A stretch of 63,998 nt of DNA, counting the filler, from Dimargaris cristalligena (Eukaryota), in assembly GCA_003614675.1 (NCBI GenBank). It is 5 parts of 5 records of this genome, joined end to end, with 100 filler letters (N's around TTAATTAATTAA, not from the genome) between each part and the next. Parts side by side here need not be neighbours in the genome. Positions count along the whole stretch, not along the records: positions 26,105 to 39,049 come from ML003014.1; positions 39,150 to 52,065 come from ML003015.1; 3 more parts are not named here. One strand, 5' to 3'. Positions 32,608 to 43,846 of this stretch are shown piece after piece. Position 1 is the stretch's first letter. Every line of letters starts with the position of its first letter. A program made the translations under genes and the position numbers. The notes under the pieces are model-generated. The model searched no databases. It saw nothing but the letters and a program-made list of their open reading frames with translations, and had not been told where the DNA came from.

Positions 32608-34907
32608 ATGTCCAGTCTTAGCAGTGGCGTCCAGGGTAGGTGTTTTGTATACTATTTTTTATTTATATTTTTATAATTGAAGGTTGCACTTAGAGTAGTG
32701 GGTTGTGTCCCACCGGGAAAGAATGACAATGCCCGTGGGTGCTAAAGAGAGGGTGCGGAGGTGATGTCTACTCGGGTATATGCGGACTAGTAGGGGGGGG
32801 GCACTAGCCAGGCTCCTAAAGGGAGAAGGTGATTTTTTAAAAAAAATAAACCTCTGGCCCCTCCCTACTTCGCCATCTCCCCTTTCAAACTCGTTGTTAG
32901 ACGGAGAGTGGGGGGAGAGGAGAGGAATGTCTTTGGCTAGCCACATACCCCCTATTATACCCAGAAGCCCAGAATGTTGGCCGCCCGATAGTTTTCCCAA
33001 TTCAATACAGCCCACGGAATCACTAACGAGACAGGTTAACCCTCTTGGCCGGTGTATAAACTACATGCACCCCTCTCTCCCTCCGGCACTACCGCCATTC
33101 CCTAGTGAGTCGTGACCTCAAAGAGTTGCTGACCGACCTGAAAGAGGGCCGCCGTGAAAACGTCCTGGCCCTCAAAATCCGTATTCAGGGCTCCGAGATG
33201 GTTCTGGTCGAACAAAAGGAGGGGCCCACCTCTCCCGGGGCGCGCTTCGGGCCGATTGAGTCCATGGTAGCGGAAGACCAGGCGGCCTACTTTCTGATCC
33301 GCCGGGACGACGGCAAGTGGCGGTTCGTCACCTGGATTCCCGAGCCCGTGTCCTTCGGCGGGGCACCCGGGGGCGGCGGCCCGACCGGCCGCCTGTCCGT
33401 GCGGGAAAAGATGCTGTACGCGTCCTCCCAATCCAACCTTAAATTCACCCTCGGCTTCGGCTGTGTGGCCGAAACCGTTCACTTGACGAGCATGAATGAT
33501 ATCAAACCCCGGTTCCGTTCGGCCACCAAGGAACTCTTCAACCCCCGGGAGGTCATGAGTGCCTTTGAGTTGAATAAGGTCGCGGCGTTGCAAATGGAAG
33601 ACAAGGCCCGGGCGGAACGGCTGGATCGGTTCAACCAGTCCGCCCCTTCGCCGGGCTTAAATACCGGTTCTAAAACCAGCCATAATAATAGCAATATCAC
33701 CGACCATGCGCCTGCCCGCAAGGAATCCCCCGCCGCAGTCTCCGGGGGGTTCCATACGGTCCAATTACCGTTTACCGAAGCGGCCCAGTCGGCTCTGGAA
33801 GACTTTTTTAACCCGGCGGTGCTAAGCGATAACATCATTGAATTGGTAAGTTCAGCAGTAACACCCCCCCCGCCCCCTAACCCTCTTATTATTGGGACGG
33901 ATCGGTGTGATGTATGGCATATAGTATTATACATAAGATGGCCTCCACATCTGTCGAGTTAGTAGCATCTGGTTTACTAACCCTTTCATTATTCGGTATA
34001 CTATAACGCAAATCTGTGGATGCGAATTTTATTGTATTTTTTAATAATAATAATAATAATAATCAATCGGCGCCCCATTAGGAAATCACGGACGATAAGG
34101 CGAACGTCGACATAAACCACCAGGAAAACTGCCTGGACATTGGCCACCTATTCACAGTGTCGACCCAACTCCCCCGTTTCTATGCGGTGCGTTTCCCCGA
34201 TGGGCCATTCGTGGGCGAAACTATCCTTGTATACCTCTGTCCCGAGAAGTCGCCGCCGAAATGGCGAATGGTTTATTCCACGGCCCTGGCTGGTTTGTTG
34301 GAAGAATGTAAAAAGTGCGAGTTTTCGTTTGGCTACAAGGTACGACTGGCACCACCACTACCGCCGTCGAGGCTCTCTGTGGTACCGATGTATTGGGCTG
34401 CATCTCCCTCTGTATCATACCGCCATTCTTTAATTCCATATTAGGAACCTGTCCCATCGAACTATTTTCTAACTCATATTTTTTTTATGAATATATATAT
34501 ATATATATAAGGTGAGCCTCTTCGATCCCAAAGAATGCACATTCGCTTCCCTAGCCGACAAGATTCGCACCGAGGTCGCCCAGTCCCTGACAAGCACCCG
34601 CCCAATCCATGACATTGTCAATTACGACAATAGCCCATCAACAGAGAGTCCCCGTGATAATGCCATTGACCGGGTGGGTCGTTACAATTACAGTCGCCCC
34701 ACCTCAAGCACCGGTAGCAATAACAGTGCGCAGCGCTCATCACCCTCGATGGCGAGCCACCCCGTGTACGGCTTGATGGTGGATGCCATGGCCCAGCACC
34801 ATAATCAGAAGAGCAACAGAAAAGGGAGCATCGGCCACTTGCCAACGTCCACTGCATTTGGACCAAAGAAGAAAATTGTTATTCCACCCCCGGGCGCATA
34901 CTGTTGA
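32608..34907 (+). CDS. TWF1: Twinfilin-like protein with two ADF-H domains
   Basis: Exons 32608-32635, 33106-33845, 34082-34339, 34512-34907. MSSLSSGVQ start; first ADF-H (FVTWIPE...VREKMLYASSQSNLK); second ADF-H (PRFY...VYLCPEKSPPKWRMVYST). Confidence 0.8.
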
Positions 34908-37218
34908 TTATAGAACTCAACCCGCCTTCCCGTCCACTCCCCCCCTCTCTCTACCACATGATGGGGTGGGATACTGAGTGATCATTATATACATATGCAT
35001 GAATTGACTATCCCTTCGACCCTTCCAATCCTTGCTTCGGGTCGGGTCGTGTGCTGATTATGATTTGCCTGCCACGCAGAGATCCACTTATTCCGATAGT
35101 TTATTATTATCCCCGTCATTTATACCAGTTCAATCTATCGCGTTCCCCATCCCATCCTGTTTTCTTCGGTAATTAATATATATTATATACATCTATGTGT
35201 GTGCGGGCGAGCCTGGTATGATCAGTAGTTACGCAGGATGCCCCCACCCTCCTACGGCACCCATCGGGCGTGGACTGCCCGGTCTGCCGATATATTTTAT
35301 CGGGGATGTTGCGGTTCTCGACTAGCATACCCTTCGCGATCCAGCCAAGTGAGCTGTGATGAAGATGCCACTAAAGGATAGATCAGTGCTTACTCTTTGC
35401 TTTTTTGGTGGGTTTTTTTCCTCTTTATTTTCTTTAATTAATAATATTTACATTTATTTATCATACCATTGCCGGAGTAAATTGCTGTTGTGTGTGGGTC
35501 TGCGGCCGTACCGTCGTGGTCAAATGTTATTATTATTATTGTTATTATTATTATTATGAGTATTAGTATTATTAAGGGTAGTACTACTACTTCGATCGCA
35601 TAGGCATTCCCCTAACTCCCATATGTTTCCAGAAATTTCGATTGTGGTTTTGAAATAGGGAGAAGGAGTTTGAAGGTCAAAAAACAGCGAGGAGAGGTGC
35701 CGGTGAGAGTCACGTGTATTGGACTATATCCGCAAAGTGACGGAAGGAGTTTAAGTGGTTTACAGACAACTGCCGAGAAGGTTCTATGAAATTCCAACCT
35801 CCATGAATAAAATCGACCAGCCTAGTTGTCTGTGGCATGTCCTAGAAAATAAAATCCCACACTTCCACTATGCGCATACACATGGTACTACATCCCTCTC
35901 TCCTTCAAGAAGGGCCCAAACCCTGAGCCAGGTGCATATACAGGGGAAGCAAGTAGAGGCAAAAGTTGGGTCAGCTCTCCCCTATAAAAAGCAAAGTATA
36001 TCCGCCGCTGGACGTCCTCTCTTCCCCGCTTACCGCTCCTTAATTCTACACCATACTATTGTTTGGGCTATACTTTCTACTGACTATCTCTATTTCCCCT
36101 CTCCAGTATTTTATCTAGGTGGTTTATTAATTAATTGACTTAGTCCCCTAGACACTTCCCACTAAAAATCACCATTTTCATCTTACGGTGGACCACTATT
36201 TTGTATATGACAATTCTTATTAGCACGCATACTCATATGATTTTTTTTGTAGTATCTCATAGCAACCACCCGCCACTGTCTTTAGCGTAATATACATGCA
36301 TCGTTACGGACCAACGGGGCTTTCTACTTTTCCGTAACCAACCCCGCTCTCCCCATTTGACTACCAACGTAACGCCGCGTTATTACTGAACAGAGTGAGT
36401 CAGCGGTTTAGCCAGGGTTGCGCTTCCACCACTAACCCTCTCTTGCATTCCCAGCCCGTTTCTCGCATTCGTTTGGTTCGCTGCGCCCAAGGCCCCGCCG
36501 CCATTGCCGTGCCCGCCTTACACGGCCGTTTCTCAACATACTCTCCCTAATTGCGCCGTAGAGGTTGTTTACTACTCTTTCTACCGCATTTCTTTCTTTC
36601 TGCATACCCTTCTATCCTATTCAATTGTGTAATTTTATCCATTTTTTTTTACATTATTACCCTAGAATATATATCTATTACTTGACTTGATACGGTGGTA
36701 TTTGTTTTCTCACTGCTGGTATCAAACACGCTATTGTTTAAGCAATCTGGTTCTCCCACTCCGGTTCACTGGTTCAGTCTCTTACTGAATACCTCGAAGC
36801 TTTCCTCTTTTTTATGTCTATAAAAAAGAAATAGGCCGCATATCTGTCCTTCAGTTTTCTGGCACCACAGTGAAAAGGGGTCCGAGTGTTTCAATTTTTA
36901 CATATATTTTATCTTAGTACGTTCTAGAGCCTTCCACTGAATTGAGAAGCCGAGCACGCCGAATAGTGACTGAACAATACAACCCTGAGTTGAATTTAGA
37001 GTTTCTCCGGTCCAAAGTTTCCTCCCATTATTCCACCCCACGACTGAATTCTGCAACTTCACACAGCCTATTGCCATTCATTGCCCACTACTTTTATTGA
37101 CTACTGGATTGCGTAGCCCAATTGACGCTACAGAGAATCCCATTTTGCTTATTTTTCCTATTTCCTACGGTCGTATTTCCACTCCCACTCGGTGTTACGG
37201 GTAGCTACCATCGTGTCC

Positions 37219-38343
37219 ATGCGGACTCTTACCCACCAGCACCAACCTATTTGGACCGCCTGCCCTTTAACCCCACCCAGCTCGACCCCTTCCTTTCCAC
37301 CCATGACCCATTCGCATACGTCATTTCCGCTCAAACGCTCGGCGTCCCCCCAGCCATTCCCCAGTCTTAGCGGGAGCGAAACTAACTCGACGGGCGCGTC
37401 ACCTAAACGACTGCGGACGACGGTGGGAAATGACGGTGGCGACACAGCTGCGGGGCCGCAGTGGTCACTGCCGTTCCAACAATCGCCCACACCGACACCG
37501 TTTCCATTTACAGGTACACCCTTTAGTCGTCCAAAACGGTCACTGGAGGAAGACCAAACTGAGCTACCGCCACCACCACCACCAACAGACTCACCTTTCC
37601 ATCCCTTAACCACCCCTAATACGCCTCTGACCTCAAACCATGACTTCACTTCGGTGCCTGCTAAACGACCCCGGTGGACAACACCCCATTCAACGCCTAC
37701 CCCTAATGCACACTTGTCTTCCCCGTTTCGGACGGCTCCAACTACCCCTTTTACGGGCGTAGGGGGAGAGGGATCTTCACCTATGACAACGCCGTATTCA
37801 ATGAGCAACGGCAGCCGCCATTCTTCCGACAGGCTGGTTAACAGCCAAATCGTCGACATGGAAACGGGTGAGGTACTGGACTATCACCACCCTCAGACGG
37901 GCTACCCGACGAACAACCCTACCTCGTTTAGATCCTCTTCGCCCACCATTGCCGCATGGCAGTCCGAGTGTCGTAATGCGGGCCAACCACTGTCGCTGCC
38001 CTTTTCCCCTTCTACTTCCTCCACGGCTTCCCCTCACCTACAATTTCTAATCGATCCGATATCCTCCTCGACCGGGGGGGCCTACGGCCAAAATGATGTA
38101 CCTCCCATAGCCCGGCGACTGACCCTGCATAAAGCGGCAGATTTCTGCAAGCCGGGACCGCAAAATGCCCTCGTGCTTTACCGCCAGCCATCCTCCCTCG
38201 GCGAGGGTGGGTTGTCGACCATGGACGAGACGAGGGGAGAAGACGAAGAAGAGTCTCCCAAAATTTACGAGATTACCGATGAGGAATCGGCATCGTCGTC
38301 GTCGGTACCGGAATCACCCACGGACATTATGGACTTGGACTAA
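37219..38343 (+). CDS. Hypothetical intrinsically disordered Pro/Ser/Thr-rich protein
   Basis: 374-aa ORF with several KR-containing NLS-like motifs (PLKRS, PKRLR, PKRSLEE, PAKRPR), an NALVLYRQP motif and an acidic tail ending MDLD. Confidence 0.7.
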   Translation: MRTLTHQHQPIWTACPLTPPSSTPSFPPMTHSHTSFPLKRSASPQPFPSLSGSETNSTGASPKRLRTTVGNDGGDTAAGPQWSLPFQQSPTPTPFPFTGTPFSRPKRSLEEDQTELPPPPPPTDSPFHPLTTPNTPLTSNHDFTSVPAKRPRWTTPHSTPTPNAHLSSPFRTAPTTPFTGVGGEGSSPMTTPYSMSNGSRHSSDRLVNSQIVDMETGEVLDYHHPQTGYPTNNPTSFRSSSPTIAAWQSECRNAGQPLSLPFSPSTSSTASPHLQFLIDPISSSTGGAYGQNDVPPIARRLTLHKAADFCKPGPQNALVLYRQPSSLGEGGLSTMDETRGEDEEESPKIYEITDEESASSSSVPESPTDIMDLD

Positions 38344-39049
38344 TTGAACCATTGATTTAATCCATACCCCTCTCTCTCTCTCTCTCTCTCTCTACATGTT
38401 TCGATTCGCTTCCAAAATGAATAGTTTAGCACGGTGTGCTATAGGCTAATTGGCCCATGATTTCCCTATTTCCATTCCTATTCCCACCTACCTGGATGGG
38501 GGAGTCTTTTACGACGGAGCAGTATCTCACGCATGTGCTGTAACTTAGTTGTCTATTTTAAAAACATTGGTCATTTTTATCGCGATTTCTTTTATTACAC
38601 TTCCATGTACATCATTATTTGCCATAACCCATGAAGCCCCACCTACTTACCACACCTAGCTGTCCCCGGCCCTTTTGCTTACTCTCTCACCTCTTTTAGA
38701 CCACCCGCCATTGAATGATTTTCGCCACTGCCGATACCCTTGGTTTGGTATGGCTTATATTCCGTATTAAACAGCTATCATGCAAGGTTTGAAGAGTGCC
38801 AGCAGCCGCCCCCCTTCACAGTAATGCCATTTATGAACCTTTGAAGACTTTGGTTGATCTTGTGAGTAACAGAGAGAAGGAATCACACAGTCTGTTGGAA
38901 ATTCATTTCCCCCGTCCCACTGATTCCATCTCTGTGATTGGCTCGTCCTATACTTGGGACTTTACTATAGCCGTTACTATATCATCTTATAACTGGAACT
39001 TCGTCCTAATCGTTATTACTGCTATTATCCAATTCAATAAAACCAACCG

Positions 39050-39149
39050 NNNNNNNNNNNNNNNNNNNNNNNNNNNNNNNNNNNNNNNNNNNNTTAATTA
39101 ATTAANNNNNNNNNNNNNNNNNNNNNNNNNNNNNNNNNNNNNNNNNNNN
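39050..39149. other. Artificial contig linker
   Basis: N44-TTAATTAATTAA-N44. Confidence 0.97.
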
Positions 39150-39689
39150 CATAGTAAACTAATTAAAGAAAGGATAGGAATAAAACCAACTAACCACTAG
39201 TAATTAAGTATGAATATGCATACCCAATTATATGAAAAGGGTAGATTTATTAGAAAACCATTTCATCCCAAGTGTGGAATATTCTTCCCAATGTGTCACA
39301 TGCTTATTGGCCTCCTATTGGTCAGATTTTCCCTAATAAAACTATCGCGGAGAGCTTAATCATCTCCTTGCGGTTCTTTCCTACTTTTATCTAATTTTGA
39401 CTTAAGCTTTATTATCAATCTCAGATTATCATCTACGAGAGAACTTGCGGTTATTCCAACAATTTTCACATGGAAATTTTTTGTTTCCTCTCTATTAACA
39501 TAATGAGTTTATATAAACGAATTATCCCTTGTAAACCATATTGTAATAAAATAAACCTCCCTGTAACTGTCCATCCATTGCCCTACTACCACCCCATATT
39601 AGTTATGGAGGCATTCACTTGGGCACCCACCAGTAAGTTAAGCCCATTCTCTGATTACCCATAGTGGTATCTGTGTTAGGTTGACATTT

Positions 39690-40230
39690 TGAGGGACCCT
39701 GGGATCAAGACTGAGGGTTGGGCTGATGCCCTTGCCTTAGTTCAAGAAGATAGGGTTACTGGACATCAATTTTGAGGGGCCAGCACCTGGAGTGGTCACA
39801 GAGAACTTGGGGAATGGACCTTTGGCTATCCTGAATCCATCAGTCAATATTAGGGTATGTACTGGGATAAGGTGGGAATGATTCTGAGGGCACAGATCCT
39901 GGGCCCCTATTGTTGAAATCATAGAGTAGGTAAGTCACAGCAGCTAAAGAGTGATAATAAAAGGTAGAAAAGAAAAATAAAGTAAAGGGTAGCTTGACTT
40001 CTGCTAGAAGTTAACTGAGGGTAATCCACTGGGTCAAGTTAATGCAGATATTTATTAATTGTATCTTGGAGATAACTTGCCATTTTAAGTGCCAGAGGTA
40101 GAGGTATATATGTGTGTAAATGGGAAAGTGCACTAAACTAAATTATAGCTAAGGGACTATGTTGTCGGGATTAAGCTAAGGACCATAAAAACCCCATCAA
40201 GAGGGAAAACTGGTTAGAACTATGTAGAAT
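39690..40230 (-). repeat. Dispersed degenerate repeat, homologous to 27080-27620
   Basis: Same collinear blocks as 27080-27620 on the reverse strand; lies in a CpG-depleted tract. Confidence 0.75.
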
Positions 40231-41521
40231 GCTTCACATGAAAATGACTTAGAAGGGAATGGGCTAGTGTGGTAGTTGGAAGTTCCTCAGATTCACCAAG
40301 GTGTTCATAGAAGTATGGTTATAATAGGAAAAATAAGTAATGAAGAAGGAAACTTGATGCCTCTTGACTCCTTCTGGTAGGTGGTGTTGGATTTTTCCAC
40401 TTGGTGTGATGATTGATAATAGTTTGTGAAGGTGAGTAGTGGGGTGCAGTTGGGAAGATTGGAGGAAAGTAGCTGGGGATTGGTGTGGGTTTGGCTTTGT
40501 TCTCTGTACTTCTGTGGGAGTTGGCCAAGGGTGAGGCCTTAGTCCATGAGTTACTAGAGTGGTTCTCAAGTGCTGATTAGTCAGTACCTTGCCAGAACAG
40601 AAAAATTGATCCCTGTCTAGGGCAGTACAGATAGGCTACTATGTATCTGCCTAGTCTGTACTTATCAGAATTGTTGAGGATCTTATTACAACCCCTACAT
40701 TACTTAGGAGCCTTTGAGCTGACATAATTACTTATTTTTATCACCTGGTAAACTATAGCTCATGGGACACTGAGAATGTCATAATTATTAGGATCCTTGT
40801 GCCCTCTTTATACATATTATAGAGAATATATCACCTCTTGGGGGATAAATGGGTATATAACATCATAAAATGGAAACACAAATTAATTAATTGTAATATA
40901 TAACATTTAAAAAGAACAAAAAATAAATGTAAAAAATTGGGGCTCAATATATAACCTCCCATGACACTAATTTTTTGTCTCACTTTTGTGTCACTTTTGC
41001 TGGTTATGACTGTACATATATATATCTAGAATTACAGGGGGGCTCTGAAGCAGCTGGGCTTTATATGTGAGGGAGGGGGTATAATTTATATGTGCTCCGG
41101 AACTATTTCAAAACCGCTGACCCAGGAAAGTGGGTCGGCCAATCACATCAAACAATGCTTGGCTCACTTTTCATTTCACCAAAAGTACCCAAGCCTTCCT
41201 CCCTTAGGAAACCCCGAAAAGTCAGCGCCAAGCCTGAAACCCTTATAGCCCTCAAACAAAGCCAAAGAGAGAGAGAAAGAGTCACGCGGTGACGGCCATA
41301 GCCACCGCAGCCAAGGGGAATATTGCGAGCAGCCGCCCATTTGTCACGAATGAATGGCGAATATAGCTGTGGTCATGTTCCTTCCGTTCCTTCCGTTCCC
41401 CCAGTTAACTCCATTTGCTTCTCTTTCCCGCTCTAGCCACCCATTTCCGTGTTTCATTAGTTGCCTTCCCCCGCCCTCTACACTCCAGTTCTCCCTTCCT
41501 TCCCCCTGCATCCGCGTAACC

Positions 41522-42337
41522 ATGGGCGTCCCTGCTTCGGCCCAGCCCCCCTCCGTGGAGCGGCCCCTGTACCCAACCTCCCAGCCCCCACCGGCGTACG
41601 ACCAGCCCGGTCCCTCCACTTACCAAACCATCCCCGACCTGTCCGACGACGACCTGCCCGACGACTTTAAATACGGCACCACCGTCAGCCAGTGCGACCG
41701 GGAGGTCCGGTTCGCGTTCCTGCGCAAGGTCTATTCGATTCTGACCGCCCAGCTCCTGACCACCGTGGCCGTGACCATGCTGTTCTTCTTTCAGCCCTCC
41801 CTCAACGCCTGGGCCTTTCGCAACGTGTGGAGCCTCTACGTGGCCGCCATCGGGGCCATGGGTGCCCTGGTCGGCCTATACTGCCAGCGCCGGTCCGTGC
41901 CGGCCAACTTTGCCTGGCTGGCCCTGTTCACCTCCCTGGAGGCCTACACCGTCGGCTTCGTGGTTTGTCTGTACGATGTCCGCCTGGTAATCCAGGCCCT
42001 GCTCCTCACCCTGGGCCTCTTCACCGTCCTCACCCTCTTTACCTTCCAGTCCCGCTTCGACTTTAGCCGCCTGGGGCCCATTCTGTTCTTCGGCCTGGTG
42101 GCAGTCCTCCTGGTTGGCCTGGTCCAGATATTCCTGCCGTTCAACCGGACGTTTGACCTCATCATGGCCATTTTGACCGCCGTCATCTTCAGCGGCTACA
42201 TCATGTACGACACCCACCTCATCATCCACCGCCTGTCCCCGGAGGAATACATGGTGGCTGCCGTCGACTTGTACCTGGACATCATCAACCTCTTCCTGGC
42301 CATCCTGCGTATCCTGGCCAACTCCAACAGCGACTGA
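41522..42337 (+). CDS. BXI1: Bax inhibitor-1/TMBIM family membrane protein
   Basis: PPPAY and LPDDFKYG N-terminus, VRFAFLRKVYSILTAQLL, about seven TM helices, YIMYDT...LSPEEY...AAVDLYLDIINLFLAILRIL. Confidence 0.95.
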   Translation: MGVPASAQPPSVERPLYPTSQPPPAYDQPGPSTYQTIPDLSDDDLPDDFKYGTTVSQCDREVRFAFLRKVYSILTAQLLTTVAVTMLFFFQPSLNAWAFRNVWSLYVAAIGAMGALVGLYCQRRSVPANFAWLALFTSLEAYTVGFVVCLYDVRLVIQALLLTLGLFTVLTLFTFQSRFDFSRLGPILFFGLVAVLLVGLVQIFLPFNRTFDLIMAILTAVIFSGYIMYDTHLIIHRLSPEEYMVAAVDLYLDIINLFLAILRILANSNSD

Positions 42338-42960
42338 GTGAACTCCAGGGTACACATCCGGTGTCTGCTTGACCTACCTCCACGCCATTGGTTCCGGATA
42401 CACGGGCTGGTATTTTTAGTTTAATATTAAATGCCATTTAAACCTAGTAACGAAAACAAACCAGTAGCATGCGAACATGGGTAAAGTACAGGGGCCGACC
42501 AACCTCCCCGAATTAAGATCATTTAGCTGGCCACGGGGTAAGGGCGGTCGACGTATGGAAGTGCACAAAAAGAATAATCATACTGAATATAAATTTGAAA
42601 ATATATATATATATCAAAAAAAAAGGGGGGGAGTGAATGGGTAATTAATTAGTAGCATACGATAGTCGGAGTGGCTGATAATGAAGTGGGTGCGAGAGGG
42701 GGGGGGGTTGTGTACACAACGCAATATGGATAGGTGGATAGATTAGAATGACCAATAGCCAACTATGGCAGAAACAAAAAACATGGAGGATGGAAGAAGC
42801 CCAACCCAGCGGGGTCGGACCTTGGATGTAATATAAACAGACGAGAGAATAGGGGAGGGGGTCGATCGGACCGTCCCTTTCCGGCAACCGAACCGCTGGG
42901 TTGGGTTAATCTCCCGGAGAGAAACGACCGGGCTGGGAAGAGGGAGGGTTAGTTAGAGGA

Positions 42961-43846
42961 TTAGAGACTGGTATGGCGGGGAACAGCTTGCCGCAGGCGG
43001 GGCGGCCGGTCACTGGGGTAAACGACGCTAAGGAAGTCCTTCCACTCCGAATTTTCGATATCGTCAAACGACACGTGACTGGACAGCAGTGCGCGAGCCA
43101 GGAGGCGGTCAAAGTGGGCGAGACGGGGCTGGTTTTGGTGCGCCCCGTCGGTCGTCAACAAAGACTCCGCCGGGTCGACGGGGGGGCTGTCTTTGGGGGT
43201 AACCGCTAGGTCGGGCTGACGATTGGGGGCGGACCGCTGGAGTATCCAGTCAATCGAGGGCAATACGGTCGACGACTTGGGTGGGCTCTGGGGAGCCACG
43301 GGGGGCGGAAATGTCCGCCGGCGGTGGGGCATGTAGTCCTGGCGGGTGGAGGGCGGGGGGGGGCAGATCTAAAGGATGCATTGGGCGCACGGCAGAAGGG
43401 GACGGGGCCGACGCGGATGGGGAAGGGGAATACGGTGAAAGGGGGTGGGAGGCCGAGTGCACCGGAACCAAACCGGGCCCCGGCTGGGTTGGCGCCCGTG
43501 GGTGAGGGTGTGGGTAAGCGAAAGGGTAGTGCTGGTGAGGAGAATGAGGACGGGGAGGGTGAGGGTAGTAGGGTGCACCGGGGCCGGCCGGGCCCAGATG
43601 GCAATCGTAGGGAGGGCTCCGGCCCGACGGTCGGTAGAGCCGCTGGCGCACGTCGGCGGTCACAGCGGGCGGCGCCTTGGGACAGTCGTTGGAAATGTGG
43701 GCAATAAACCGGGAGGCATTTTTGGCCCGGACGGCATGGCAGTAGTTGCAGCTGTATTGCTCCGTCTGCAGGTGGGTGTTGTTGGATTTTTCCGACTTGA
43801 CCACCGGCGAGAAGTGCTCCCAAATATCGCTGCGTGATTTGGGCAT
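42961..43846 (-). pseudogene. hAT-transposase-derived BED zinc-finger gene split by one frameshift (sequencing error or pseudogene)
   Basis: Frame A (43846-43250) carries a BED finger SDIWEHF...YSCNYC...FIAHISNDC. Frame B (to the stop at 42961) carries LPSIDWIL and FDRLLARALLSSHVSFDDIENSEWKDFL..YP...PP, resembling the hAT N-terminal DNA-binding region. Removing one base from the 9-nt run at 43355-43363 gives one 294-aa ORF. Confidence 0.75.

Noticed and set aside
38940-39020. Imperfect ~39-bp tandem duplication at the contig end (SSYTWDF / SSYNWNF)
   Set aside because: Only two diverged units in a weak, truncated ORF; nothing further supports a function.
41354-41521. 56-aa in-frame N-terminal extension of BXI1
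   Set aside because: Pyrimidine-rich UTR-like sequence; the ATG at 41522 (ACCATGG context) gives the expected family length.
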